Source of the DNA: Chloroflexota bacterium
GTDB lineage: Bacteria; Chloroflexota; Dehalococcoidia; Lucifugimonadales; UBA3495
Reading direction: 5' to 3'
Assembly: GCA_027623675.1 (NCBI GenBank)
Contig: JAQBVF010000025.1
Span: 1 to 52,838, forward strand
Length of the DNA stretch: 52,838 nt
This document shows positions 10,267 to 20,994 of this stretch, piece after piece (positions within the stretch are counted from its first letter, which is position 1; the number at the start of each line of letters is the position of its first letter). The position numbers and the translations under genes were made by a program. Under the pieces are notes generated by a model, which saw only the letters and a list, made by a program, of their open reading frames with translations, ran no database searches and was not told where the DNA came from.

Positions 10267-11358
10267 ATGAGGAAGACGATCGGGAGCCGCTGGTATTTGA
10301 CCACTGATAGAATCTATCGCCGTGAAATTATTGGGTCCGCTTCCCGCCTCCTGATGGCAGCCTTGACTATCGGCTCATTCGCCGCCTTCGGCTGGGTGGC
10401 AACGGACGCCGTCAGGTCGGCAGACGGCTTGATGCCCGTCCGATGGGAGCCCCTTGCCGGGGCCTTCGTGCTTCATTTAATCATGCTGTTCGCGCTCATG
10501 CTGCTTTGGGTGCGCGTACTCAGCGCTGGCTGGACTCCTGATGCCGGTTCACCGGCGCCACCGAGGCCGCGTCTGTACGCCGCGTATTCCAGGAGTTGGC
10601 TCGCCCGCTACATACCGGGACGGATCTGTTCACTGGCCGGCCGCGCGTTGTTGGCCAGCAGGGCCGGCGTGCCGGCTGAAGCGGCCGCACGCAGTATGGT
10701 CATCGAGGTCGTTTTCACCTACTCCGCAATCACCATACTCAGCGTGGCGCTATTATCAGGGACCAAGATTCATCTCTTTTTGGGTGTCGCCGTTCTGATC
10801 AGCGGTTTCGCTGTGTTCGTAGCGGGGTTATTGGTGCTCCGAGGAATCATGACCGCAGACCGAGCGAATACAGAACCATGCTCTTTGTGGCGCAGGGCCC
10901 TCCGGTGGGCAGACCGGTTTATCACCGGCGGATCGGCGCACAGTTTTTCCGACATCCTTGGCGGTGTGTGCCTGTACGGCCTTTACGCCGGCATGCACCT
11001 CAGCCTGATCGTACTGGTCGCCGCCGCCTTCGCCGACTTGGATATCTCCCTGGCAGCCACCCTGGCCGGCGCCTGGGGGCTTAGCGTTACCCTGGGCTGG
11101 ATGTCCTTCCTGGCTCCGGCCGGCCTGGGCGTGAGGGACGGGCTGGCCTTCGCGCTATTCTCCCAGGTACTCGACCCGGCGACCGCCGGGATCGTCGTGA
11201 TGAGCTCCCGCATCCTCATGCTGGCGACCGACGTGGTTTTTGTCGGAGCCACCGAGTTGCTAACACTCGGCCTGACCCAGATCGCCAGGAGGGAAGCGGT
11301 CCAACCAGGCCTAGACCCTCGATTGACGGGCCACAGCGATCATCCGCCCAGCCTCTGA
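10267..11358 (+). CDS. Lysylphosphatidylglycerol-synthase-TM/flippase-like membrane protein
   Basis: SWLARYIPGRI and APAGLGVRDG motifs, multiple TM segments. Confidence 0.75.
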   Translation: MRKTIGSRWYLTTDRIYRREIIGSASRLLMAALTIGSFAAFGWVATDAVRSADGLMPVRWEPLAGAFVLHLIMLFALMLLWVRVLSAGWTPDAGSPAPPRPRLYAAYSRSWLARYIPGRICSLAGRALLASRAGVPAEAAARSMVIEVVFTYSAITILSVALLSGTKIHLFLGVAVLISGFAVFVAGLLVLRGIMTADRANTEPCSLWRRALRWADRFITGGSAHSFSDILGGVCLYGLYAGMHLSLIVLVAAAFADLDISLAATLAGAWGLSVTLGWMSFLAPAGLGVRDGLAFALFSQVLDPATAGIVVMSSRILMLATDVVFVGATELLTLGLTQIARREAVQPGLDPRLTGHSDHPPSL

Positions 11359-11660
11359 GTGCGCCCGGCGGACTCGGTAACGGTTCGAGGGGCCAACAGG
11401 CCGGACCAGCACACGGGCCCGGACCAAGCCCGAATCGCTTCAACTAAAAACCAGTTTATTCGTGCGTGAGTTGCCTCGTGTTAGGGCAAAGGTCACGGAC
11501 CGCGATTTACAGTTCGTCAGTAAATGTGGGTTATCATGAGGCAATGACAAGAGGTGTGGCGATACACCATTTGGCCGCTCAGTGCGGCGATTGATCCACT
11601 ATTGCGGAGGTGATTCGACGATATGGGCTTAGACCAAATGACGCGCCTCAAAGGGTAATA

Positions 11661-12707
11661 GTGCGAGCGCTCACGGTTACACCTGGAATAGCTGGCTCCG
11701 CCCGCGTTGAGGATATCTCTGAGCCGGCACTGAGCGATGGATCGGTGCTGGCCCAGGCCCTGGCAATCGGCGTCTGCGGAACTGACCGGGAGATCTTGGC
11801 AGGGACATATGGTAGCGTTCCACCGGGGAACCACAGGCTGATCCTGGGCCACGAATCACTGGGCCGTGTCCTAGAGTCGCCCGAAGGAGCTGGAGTAAGT
11901 CCCGGAGATCTGATCGTGGGAATCGTGCGCCGCCCTGACCCCGAACCATGCTCCAATTGTTCCGTGGGTGAATTCGATATGTGCCGTAACGGGCGATATA
12001 CGGAGCGGGGGATAAAGGAGCGCAATGGCTACTGCTCTGAACGGTTCCGTATCGAACCGGAGTATGCAGTGAAAGTCCCTCAGCCACTAGAACGGGTGGG
12101 GGTTCTGGTTGAGCCGGCCAGCGTGGTGGCTAAAGCGTGGGAGCACATTGAGCGGATCGGCCGCCGGGCGCGATGGGAGCCTGGTCGAGTCCTGGTGATC
12201 GGTGCTGGGCCGATCGGCCTTTTGGCTGCAATGATGGGGGTCCAACGGCGCCTAGAGGTCCACGTCCTGGACCGCATCACCTCCGGTCCGAAGCCAGGAC
12301 TGATCAGAGACCTTGGGGCAACCTACCATACCGGGTCGGTGGCTGAGGCGTGCGCCGATTCCGACATTGTCATCGAATGTACGGGCGCGGGACAGTTGGT
12401 GCTGGACGCCATACAGCATACGGCGCCGGGAGGAATCGTCTGCCTGGCAGGGCTTTCTTCGGGAGCCCGTGAGGTGCGTTTTGATGCCACCGCCTTGAAC
12501 CGTGGCATCGTATTGGAAAATGACGTGGTATTTGGTTCGGTGAATGCCAACCGACGCCACTATGAGACTGCCGTTTCGGCCCTTGCCACGGCTGATCTCG
12601 GATGGCTGGAGCGCCTCATCACGCGACGGGTCCCACTGGAGCAGTGGGTCAGCGCCGTAGAGCGAGGGCCCCTAGATGTCAAGACCGTTATAGAGCCGTG
12701 TAGCTGA
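11661..12707 (+). CDS. Zn-dependent glucose 1-dehydrogenase
   Basis: GVCGTDRE, GHESLG, CxxCxxxxxDMC, ERGIK, GAGPIG, VLENDVVFGSVNAN; GTG start. Confidence 0.9.
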   Translation: MRALTVTPGIAGSARVEDISEPALSDGSVLAQALAIGVCGTDREILAGTYGSVPPGNHRLILGHESLGRVLESPEGAGVSPGDLIVGIVRRPDPEPCSNCSVGEFDMCRNGRYTERGIKERNGYCSERFRIEPEYAVKVPQPLERVGVLVEPASVVAKAWEHIERIGRRARWEPGRVLVIGAGPIGLLAAMMGVQRRLEVHVLDRITSGPKPGLIRDLGATYHTGSVAEACADSDIVIECTGAGQLVLDAIQHTAPGGIVCLAGLSSGAREVRFDATALNRGIVLENDVVFGSVNANRRHYETAVSALATADLGWLERLITRRVPLEQWVSAVERGPLDVKTVIEPCS

Positions 12708-12719
12708 GGAGATTCGTCA

Positions 12720-14501
12720 ATGTCGCTGCCTATCGAAGATTACGCGCTGATCGGGGACTGCGAGTCTGCCGCTCTCGTTGGCAGGGACGGCTCGATAGAC
12801 TGGTTCTGCGTGCCACGATTCGATTCTCCTGCGTGCTTCGCTGCGTTGTTAGGTACTCCTGAGCACGGACGCTGGCTCTTGGCCCCTCAAGATGGGATAC
12901 AACGGACACGCCGCTCCTATCGGGGGGACACATTGGTACTGGAGACCGAGTTCGAGACGGAAACCGGGGCTGTCCGCCTAACTGATTTCATGCCGCTTCG
13001 CACCGGCAGTACGGAGATCGTCCGCATCGTGGAGGGCAGGCGTGGGTCGGTTGAGATGGAGATGGACCTGACCATCCGCTTCGACTACGGCTCGGTGGTG
13101 CCCTGGGTCCAGCGGATCGACGGTGGACTACTGGCGATAGCCGGGCCGGATGCTCTGATCATGCGGACCCCTATAGCCATGCGAGGCGAGGATTTCCACA
13201 CTGCGGCTCACTTCACCGTGTCAGCCGGCGAGCGAGTTCCGTTCGTCCTCACCTGGCACCCCTCGCACCTGGCCCAGCCAAAGCCAACCAATGCCGAGCA
13301 AGCACTTCTCGAAACAGAAAAATGGTGGGCCGACTGGAGCGCCCGCGGCGACTACCGTGGCCCGGCGAAAGAAGCTGTTACCCGCTCGCTGCTCACCCTC
13401 AAGGCGCTGACATACGCCCCTACCGGCGGCATTGTGGCAGCGGCAACCACCTCTCTGCCCGAGACGCTAGGAGGCATGCGGAACTGGGACTATCGCTACT
13501 GCTGGCTGCGGGACGCTACGTTCACGCTCCAAGCTTTGATGGCTGGTGGTTACATCGAAGAAGCACGGGCATGGCGGGAGTGGCTGATCAGAGCAGTGGC
13601 GGGGAAACCCTCCGGATTGCAGATCATGTATGGGCTGGCTGGAGAGCGGCGGCTCACCGAGATGGAGGTCGACTGGCTGCCCGGCTACGAGGGATCCCGG
13701 CCGGTTCGCGTGGGAAACGCGGCCCACCACCAGTTCCAACTGGACGTGTTCGGTGAGGTGATGGACGCCTTCCACTTTGCCCGCCACTCAGGCCTGGAGC
13801 CTGAAGCCCGTGCCTGGGAAGTCCAGAAGGTCTTGATGGACTTTCTGGAGTCGGCCTGGGATAAGCCTGACGAGGGTATCTGGGAGGTCCGTGGCCCCAG
13901 GCGCCACTTCACTCACTCCAAGGTTATGGCCTGGGTGGCTTTCGATCGCGCTCTCAAGACTGTGGAACACTCGGGCCTCGATGGCCCGACCGACCGCTGG
14001 CAACACCTACGGGATGTGGTGCACAAGGATGTGTGCCGCCAGGGCTTTGACCAAGAAATGAACTCCTTCGTACAGTACTACGGAGCGAAAGAGGTCGATG
14101 CCAGCCTCCTGTTGATCCCGATCGTTGGCTTTTTGCCTGGCTCGGACCCCCGCATGGTGGGCACGGTGCAGGCGGTTCAGGATAGGCTGATGACCAACGG
14201 CTTCGTCGCCCGGTATCGGGAGGCCTCCGACCTAGATGGACTGGTGGGGCAGGAGGGTGCCTTCATCGTGTGTACGCTCTGGCTCGCCGACAACTTGGCG
14301 CTTCAGGGCCGTAGGGCCGAGGCACAGGAGGTGTTTCAGCGGGTCCTGGACGCGCGCAACGACGTTGGCCTCCTATCTGAAGAATACGATCCCGTGCAAC
14401 GCCGCCTTCTCGGAAACTTCCCCCAAGCCTTCTCCCACGTGGGTCTGATAAACACCGCATTGATAATGGACGGTCTAGAGGGCCAGCCCACCCAGGCCTG
14501 A
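12720..14501 (+). CDS. Glycoside hydrolase family 15 (trehalase/glucoamylase-like)
   Basis: IEDYALIGD, AATTSLPE, RNWDYRYCWLRD, DEGIWEVRG, LLSEEYD, GNFPQAFSH. Confidence 0.95.
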   Translation: MSLPIEDYALIGDCESAALVGRDGSIDWFCVPRFDSPACFAALLGTPEHGRWLLAPQDGIQRTRRSYRGDTLVLETEFETETGAVRLTDFMPLRTGSTEIVRIVEGRRGSVEMEMDLTIRFDYGSVVPWVQRIDGGLLAIAGPDALIMRTPIAMRGEDFHTAAHFTVSAGERVPFVLTWHPSHLAQPKPTNAEQALLETEKWWADWSARGDYRGPAKEAVTRSLLTLKALTYAPTGGIVAAATTSLPETLGGMRNWDYRYCWLRDATFTLQALMAGGYIEEARAWREWLIRAVAGKPSGLQIMYGLAGERRLTEMEVDWLPGYEGSRPVRVGNAAHHQFQLDVFGEVMDAFHFARHSGLEPEARAWEVQKVLMDFLESAWDKPDEGIWEVRGPRRHFTHSKVMAWVAFDRALKTVEHSGLDGPTDRWQHLRDVVHKDVCRQGFDQEMNSFVQYYGAKEVDASLLLIPIVGFLPGSDPRMVGTVQAVQDRLMTNGFVARYREASDLDGLVGQEGAFIVCTLWLADNLALQGRRAEAQEVFQRVLDARNDVGLLSEEYDPVQRRLLGNFPQAFSHVGLINTALIMDGLEGQPTQA

Positions 14502-15140
14502 TTTTAGGCCCGCGGTCCAAACAGCCGCGCACAATCATGCAGGAGACCCATTTCAAGCCCGGTAGGGTCAATCATTTCAGCTTACGGCCGGGGATGACGG
14601 TTGGCGTTCCGCCGTACTTCGAGCAGTGTCCAAAGAAATCCCAGAACCCGTACCGTACGTAGCTTGGACCTTCTCCGATTGCCCGAGCGCCGGCTTATTT
14701 ATTCGGCACAAAGCATGTTAGCTGCTGGGTTCGCGTTCGGGTCCGCCAGTCCTATCCGGCACCGGCAAACATGCATGAGATTTACCGTTTGCAGGCTCGG
14801 GTGCGTACTGTGCCGAGAGTTGGTCGACTAGACGGACATACGTTTTCGGAAGATCAAAGCCCGGGCTGCGATTACCGCTATGACGTTGGAGTTCTCGGGG
14901 TCCGGCGCAGACTGAATCTCCCCGTCAGCAACCCTCGGCGGTAGTCGGCGGGGTCAAACCCGGGAGTCTGCCGGTTCACCCTATTGGGCTATGGATGTTA
15001 CTCCCAATGGAAATCAAGGATTACTAGATAGGGGGTTACCTTTGGAGAAGAACCCGGGTACGGTTACAAACGTTGCTTGTTAGGGCGGTACCGGTTCCGG
15101 GCGTCACCGGCTGCGCCAACGATCCTTGCTTGATGGGATT

Positions 15141-15270
15141 CCCAGGCAACTACATCCCAGGCAACTACATCAGGGTAGTGGCCAGTTCATGGTGTGAAAC
15201 CCCGCCGCCCGGAAACTGTTTGAAGCCATTTCCATATCCTTAAGGACGCCATGGACGCCATGGACGCCAT
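15141..15270. repeat. Short tandem repeats: 2x15 bp (cccaggcaactacat) and 3x9 bp (ggacgccat)
   Basis: Read directly at 15141-15170 and 15244-15270. Confidence 0.85.
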
Positions 15271-15532
15271 TTTCAAGCAGAACCACCGGATGAACGTCGG
15301 CGAGAATTCTCGGCAGGTCACAGACGGTTACGCTAAAGAATGGGCCGCTACCAACCGGAGCCTGTGGGATGGTTGGCTCGAACAAGCCCGCCAAGCTACC
15401 CAATAAAGAGCTGGGCGCAAGTCAAAACACCTGCAGGCGGAGATCAGGATTTCGAATGGCCCTGCCCGTCCAACGCAGGGACTGGAGCATTGGACCTGCA
15501 CTCCAAATTTCTCCAAGAGGTAACGTTTCCAA

Positions 15533-16381
15533 ATGACTGAATTCAATGTTGAGAGGGTAGTAGCTGGAACTAAGGATTACTACGACGGTCCCGCCGACCA
15601 GATCTACCGAACCATTTGGGGCGACAACATCCACCTTGGACTCCCTTGCAGTGAATCGTGTCCCCATCCGGAAGCGATGCAACATACCAATGAGACTATG
15701 GCCAAGGCGGTTAGCCTGGGCCGAGAGACGCGGGTGCTGGATCTGGGCTGCGGGTACGGCTCCACGGCCAGGTTCCTGGCCTCGAATTTCGGGTGCCACG
15801 TAACCGGGACCAACATCAGCGAAAAAGAGTTGGGGCTGGCCCGGGAAAGGTCTGTCGGATCGGGCGTGGAGTCCCTTCTGGAGTTCGAATATGGGGACTT
15901 TCACGATCTGAAATACGCCGACGGCTCCTTCGACGTGGTCTGGAGCCAGGAGGCGTTCCTTCACGGAGCGAATAAAAAACGAATCCTATCGGAATGCCGC
16001 CGGGTGCTCGTTCCGGGTGGAACCCTGGCATTCACGGACATTCTGGTTAGTCGGGAAACTTCGGATGCCGACCGGACCAGCATCTATGACCGTGTAAAGT
16101 CTCCGGAGATGTGGGACTTGGAAACCTATCAAAAGGCCCTGATAGAACTGGAATTCCGAGTGCTCGGTTCCGCGGACTGGTCGTCTAATGTGGCCCGCTC
16201 GTACGGTTGGATACGCGACCGCTTAACGGAAGAGCGTGAGGCTCTGCTGCCAAGGGTCGGCGCCGAAACGATCCAGCAGACGTTAGACGCCCTGGGATTC
16301 TGGGTAGAATCCGCCGAATCGGGCAAGATCGGCTGGGCATTTTTAGTCGCCGAAACCCCAGCGAACCCCGAACCGTCCTGA
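15533..16381 (+). CDS. sdmt: Sarcosine/dimethylglycine N-methyltransferase-like SAM methyltransferase
   Basis: YYDGPADQIYRTIWGDNIHLG, VLDLGCGYG, FDVVWSQEAFLH; next to a GSMT-like gene. Confidence 0.8.
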   Translation: MTEFNVERVVAGTKDYYDGPADQIYRTIWGDNIHLGLPCSESCPHPEAMQHTNETMAKAVSLGRETRVLDLGCGYGSTARFLASNFGCHVTGTNISEKELGLARERSVGSGVESLLEFEYGDFHDLKYADGSFDVVWSQEAFLHGANKKRILSECRRVLVPGGTLAFTDILVSRETSDADRTSIYDRVKSPEMWDLETYQKALIELEFRVLGSADWSSNVARSYGWIRDRLTEEREALLPRVGAETIQQTLDALGFWVESAESGKIGWAFLVAETPANPEPS

Positions 16382-16447
16382 ACCGCCTTGGAGTAGGCGG
16401 ATCGTAACCCCATCGTGTTCAGAATCAAATTAAAACGAGGCAGGCTT

Positions 16448-17221
16448 ATGAGAATGCAAAACCATGGCACAACGTTGCCCAACGGGTCCTTTATCGAGGA
16501 ATACACCACCGATTTTGTGGACCGGTGGGATGAGCTAATCGACTGGGAGAGGCGGAACGAGGCTGAAAACGGCTTCTTCCATCGAATCCTGAAAGAATCT
16601 GGGGTCCAGCGGGTGTTGGATATTGCTTGCGGGACCGGGTTCCACACCGTCACGCTCAAAATGGCTGGCTTCGACGTTACCGGCGCCGATGGTTCGGCCA
16701 ACATGTTGACCAAGGCCAGGGAAAACGCCAAACGGTACAATCAGACCGACATTCGGCTCATCGAAGCCGAGTGGACCGCTCTCTCCCAAGCCTTCCCCAA
16801 CGACAAATTCGACGCTATCGTTTGCTTGGGTAATGCGTTCACTCACCTATTCGATGAGAGCGACCGCCAGAAAGCCTTGCAGGAGATGCACTCACTGCTC
16901 AACGACGATGGCATCGTAATCATCGACCAGCGGAACTATGACAGCATCTTGGACCAGGGGTTCACCAGCAAGCACCAGACGTATTACCTCGGGGAGACCG
17001 TGAACGTATGTCCGGAGAAGATCAACGAGGAAGCCGTGATACTACGTTACGAGTACGCGGACGGCTCGGTCCACCACCTAACCTTTAGCCCGATTCGTCA
17101 AGACTACTTGACCGAGTTGCTCAAAGACGCCGGTTTCGATTCCGTGGATCGGTATGGAGACTTTGAAGACGAATACGATTTCTACGACCCGGACTTCATC
17201 ATTCAGGTTGCGAAGAAGTAA
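16448..17221 (+). CDS. gsmt: Glycine/sarcosine N-methyltransferase
   Basis: EYTTDFVDRWDELIDWERR, VLDIACGTGFH, CLGNAFTHLF, IDQRNYDSILDQGF, YGDF...DPDFIIQVAKK. Confidence 0.88.
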   Translation: MRMQNHGTTLPNGSFIEEYTTDFVDRWDELIDWERRNEAENGFFHRILKESGVQRVLDIACGTGFHTVTLKMAGFDVTGADGSANMLTKARENAKRYNQTDIRLIEAEWTALSQAFPNDKFDAIVCLGNAFTHLFDESDRQKALQEMHSLLNDDGIVIIDQRNYDSILDQGFTSKHQTYYLGETVNVCPEKINEEAVILRYEYADGSVHHLTFSPIRQDYLTELLKDAGFDSVDRYGDFEDEYDFYDPDFIIQVAKK

Positions 17222-17576
17222 ACCCACGCTTGAGCGCGCGGCGCCGGACCGCCAACACCGGTTAACCTGAGGGGATGGTTCCGCGGACGCCGGGAACCCT
17301 ATCCGCGGCTGTCAAGACCGGGGTTGGCGCCCACATCCCCGTAAAAATATCGCCCGTCACCAGGATATACAGAGCCTGACGACGGGCGATTTATCGTTTC
17401 CGGAGCGGTGGCCGCCAACCCGAACAGCGAACTGGCCACCCAGTCCAACCGCAGACCGAACAGTAGTGGTCCCAATGGCCAGCCGTCCCGGCGCAAATAG
17501 AAGCAAGCGCCGTAGGGGCGCGAGATCTCGCGGTGGACCGGGGTTCCCCGCTGATCGGCGCATACCGTCGAATATC

Positions 17577-18047
17577 CTATTGCCGTATCACCAGTACGGG
17601 TACGCCAGCGTCCCTCACGATCTCGTCGGACACACTGCCCAGCAAGGCGCGTTTCAATCCGCTCCGGCCGTGGCTGGCCATGATTATCAGGTCTATTCGG
17701 TGCTGTTTAACGGCGTTCAAGATGGAGTGCCCAGCGTCGGCCGCCTCCGCATGAGTCGAGGCGTTGATCCCACGGCGTTCCAACTCCCGTCTCTTGCCGT
17801 TCAGGTATCGGCGGACCCGATTGAGTTGATCTTCAACCTCATTAGTGGCGCCCTCCATCAATGCTTGGGTTCCCAGAACGTCGGCGGACGCGCCCGCGAA
17901 CCCGATACTGGAGGCTAATGCGATTGGCGGCACCGCCCTCAGCAAGATTATCTCCGAGTCAAACCGGCCGGCAATCTCGGTGGCATAAAGTAGGCATTTG
18001 GCGCTCAAACGGGACCCATCGAGAGGGACCAAAATTCTGCTGAACAT
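17577..18047 (-). CDS. Universal stress protein (UspA family)
   Basis: ILVPLDGS, DLIIMASHGRSG...LLGSVS, VPVLVIR. Confidence 0.93.
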   Translation of the reverse strand: MFSRILVPLDGSRLSAKCLLYATEIAGRFDSEIILLRAVPPIALASSIGFAGASADVLGTQALMEGATNEVEDQLNRVRRYLNGKRRELERRGINASTHAEAADAGHSILNAVKQHRIDLIIMASHGRSGLKRALLGSVSDEIVRDAGVPVLVIRQ

Positions 18048-18544
18048 CGTCGCTCCTTTGGACTGGTTGGCTCCTCAGTTGGCTCGCAGGCCTGCGGGGC
18101 GCGGGGCCACCGGAGCGTTAGCAATGAGACGTTGTAACGGTCGTTCTAAAGCCCCTCCACCCGTATCTTGTTGGAACTCCCCAAAGCACTGACGGGCCGT
18201 GATGGCGGCCCGTTCATCCCTTCGCCCTGATCCACACTGCCAGGCCAACCGTTCAAGATAGCAGGTTCCGGTCATGAGTGGCCATTGCGATAGGTTGACA
18301 CCCTCAACATTATACGATATCGAGAATCTCAATCTCTGGGTCCCGGTCAAAGTTTACTTCGCCGTCAGCTTCGAGCCCTTCCCCGATTAACAGTTCCAGG
18401 GGTCGGCAAAGCCACCCCGGCCATGGTCCCCAAAACGGGAATCGCCATCGACCTGGTCAAGTAAGAAACGTAGGTTAGCATCCCCGGCGCGGATCCAGAA
18501 AGGTCGGTATATAACCGTTACCGATCTCGCCCTGGGACCACTGA

Positions 18545-19318
18545 CTATCCATCACGCCCTCTGCCGGTCCAGTCGCTGATAAGTATCGCGCTACGCCGAT
18601 CTTCAACCGGTTCCTTTGTCCTGGGGACGAAGACTAAGTGATAGATGATTGCCGCCGACAGGCCGCCCGCGATCGGCCCTATCCAGTAGATCCAGTGAGC
18701 ATCCCATGTCCAACTCATCAGGGCGGGCCCGAAGGAACGGGCGGGATTCATAGATGCTCCGGTTAAGGGAACCCCTAGGAGGTGGTCCACCAGCACCGCC
18801 AATCCTATTGCTCCAGGAGCGATAAGTTTGGGGCCCTTGGGGTCCATAGCCGTGGCAAACACCACAAAGATCAAGACAAAGGTCAGCGCAGCCTCAGCCA
18901 ATAGACCGGACCACACGGTGACGCCGACACCCAATCTATGAGAACCCAGCGCTCCTTGGCCGGCTTCTGGGACCACTGCGGCTATAAGGGCGGCGCCGCC
19001 TATCCCCCCGGTGATTTGCGATCCGAGGTACAGAACCCCTTTGGTAGGTGTGATCTTGCGGGTCACCAGCGCCGCCAGGGTGACCACCGGATTGATGTGC
19101 CCGCCCGAAACGGACGCCGTGGCCGACACCAAAAGGGTGATGGCCAAACCATGGGCTAGGGCAATCGCGATCAGGCGGTTGGTGGTCATAGTTCCATCGC
19201 CAAGCAATCCCGTCGCCACCACCGTCCCCGCGCCCAGAAAGACAAAGAAGAGTGTGGCAATAAACTCGGCAGTACACTCTCGCCACGTTTCACTGGACTG
19301 GACCATCTTTCGTCTCAT
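18545..19318 (-). CDS. Aquaporin / MIP channel
   Basis: AEFIAT, SGGHINPV, TGASMNPARSFGP, WIYWIGP. Confidence 0.95.
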   Translation of the reverse strand: MRRKMVQSSETWRECTAEFIATLFFVFLGAGTVVATGLLGDGTMTTNRLIAIALAHGLAITLLVSATASVSGGHINPVVTLAALVTRKITPTKGVLYLGSQITGGIGGAALIAAVVPEAGQGALGSHRLGVGVTVWSGLLAEAALTFVLIFVVFATAMDPKGPKLIAPGAIGLAVLVDHLLGVPLTGASMNPARSFGPALMSWTWDAHWIYWIGPIAGGLSAAIIYHLVFVPRTKEPVEDRRSAILISDWTGRGRDG

Positions 19319-19514
19319 GGGCGACCTCTAACTGTTGACCAAGAATCTCGGGGTATGGGGCAACGCAGTAATATCGCGGGCCTGCCTCCCGGATTGGGAG
19401 CCAGCATTGCCTGGGTGAAGGATTCAACGCCTTCTGGGTAGGTTCCTGGGTAGGTTGCGAAGTGCTTTATGTGGTGGGCTGCCGAGGCGCGGTGAAATGA
19501 TGCGGACCAGCTTG

Positions 19515-19550
19515 GCATCCTCGCGGCCTTGAAGGTGGCCGCGAGGATGC
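19515..19550. terminator. GC-rich hairpin downstream of the small Zn-ribbon gene
   Basis: Perfect 14-bp arms gcatcctcgcggcc / ggccgcgaggatgc. Confidence 0.55.
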
Positions 19551-19614
19551 ACTTACCCAGTTACGCCGGATGTGCCAGTTCCATACCCGTGGAATCTGCC
19601 GGCCGAGGTTTCGA

Positions 19615-19806
19615 TCACGCGGCAACCCGTCTTTTTCCGGACGGCGATCGGCGACCCTTTTTCGACACCGCCGGCGAATCGGGCTCGTCTGAACCCGGGT
19701 CGCTGAGCCGGTTGTAGCCGCATTGCATACAGACTATGTCGCAACCGTCGATCTCTTGCCTTAGATATAGGTCTCCCCCACACTTGGGGCACAATTTCAA
19801 CCACAT
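19615..19806 (-). CDS. Small Zn-ribbon protein
   Basis: CPKCGGDL...CMQCGY; ggagg RBS upstream. Confidence 0.75.
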   Translation of the reverse strand: MWLKLCPKCGGDLYLRQEIDGCDIVCMQCGYNRLSDPGSDEPDSPAVSKKGRRSPSGKRRVAA

Positions 19807-20199
19807 GTTCCCTGCCTCCTACATCTTCGGGAGAATCTTCATAGAAGCCCCGATGCGATTAGGGAAGTCTAGTGTTTTAGACGCGTTGCGGCATCGACAG
19901 AAAGGATAGAAAGCGAGGAATCTACCGGAGTATCTTCGTCTACTACTTGGGGAGTGAGGAGTCAGATCGAGGAGTACCTGACTATTGCCAGACCGTTCGC
20001 CGCAGCACTCTCGCCGCGGTAGTACCGGGCTGTCAACTGAACGAACCGGCCGGACATCGGCGCGCCACTAGAAGCGTCCCGACGGTGCAATCGGCGACGT
20101 CCGTGCCAGGAATCGGGGCGGGGGTCCCCAAAATCGTTCTAGGAGCGGCGCCGTTACCGGTGAATCGCCAAGCTCGGGCGGCCGGGTGTTTCCTGCAGG

Positions 20200-20422
20200 C
20201 CGAACGTATTTCGGTCGATTCCTGGCTTACTTCGGGGTTGACCACCTAAAGCATCGAGAACCCCGTGCTCCACCACTCGGGCCTGTTCTTTGTAGTATCC
20301 AACGCGAGGCTATGGCATTCGTGGTCAATTAAGACCAACCGCAACAGGTGCTCTGAGCTGGCTTACCGAGCTTCGAGCAGATCCTTCAGTGCTGCGGCTT
20401 GCTCGGTTACTACCGATAGCAT
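20200..20422 (-). pseudogene. Degraded paralog of the adjacent HesB-like gene
   Basis: Across a stop and frameshifts it reads MLSVVTEQAAALKDLLEAR*ASSEHLLRLV...LALDT/KEQARVVEHG/VVNPEVSQ, paralleling 20461-20748. Confidence 0.45.
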
Positions 20423-20460
20423 AAGGCCATTGCTTTCTTGGCGAAAACTGCGCCGGGTCT

Positions 20461-20748
20461 TCAGTTCGTGGTGTTCTTTGACAATCGCCTTAAGACGATC
20501 TGGTGACGCCCTTCTTGTTTCGCGATCTCCAAGACCATCTCGCCGATCGACTCATCTAACTCAATGTCAATGATAAGGACGGTAGAATCCCCGTAGGTGA
20601 TGACCCGGTCTTGTTCTGCAGGCTGGTCGATGCACAACTCCATACCGTCGTCACCCCCTTTCAGCCGCAGGCCCCGGTCGGCTGGTACACCACTCGCCTT
20701 CAGGGCTTCCATCAGGACGTCTTTGGCCAAATCGCTTACCGAAATCAT
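20461..20748 (-). CDS. HesB/IscA-like fold small protein
   Basis: MISVSDLAKDVL...GLRL...DQPAEQDRVI...VLIID pattern; lacks the canonical CxC motif. Confidence 0.65.
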   Translation of the reverse strand: MISVSDLAKDVLMEALKASGVPADRGLRLKGGDDGMELCIDQPAEQDRVITYGDSTVLIIDIELDESIGEMVLEIAKQEGRHQIVLRRLSKNTTN

Positions 20749-20994
20749 CGGAATCCGTACGCTCCTCTAAATAACGCCCGTAACAATAACGCCCAGGATG
20801 CTGGAACGCCCAAAATGCCGGGCTGCTTGGGAATCGGCGATTCTCGGCCAAAAGCGATGAGTCTGTTACTGGTGTAGCTTTAGCATAGATGCGCAACCCG
20901 TAAAGCGGCATCCCTCAAAGAGATAAACTTCGGGGCACGAAGAGGGTTATTCTGAGGAGAGCAGAGGTAATCCTTCTAGGTGACTGGAACGGGG

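Noticed and set aside
14880..15530. c-di-AMP or SAM riboswitch upstream of the betaine methyltransferases
   Set aside because: Only a short resemblance (cccgtcagcaaccctcgg); the other conserved elements could not be found by eye. An Rfam/Infernal scan would settle it.
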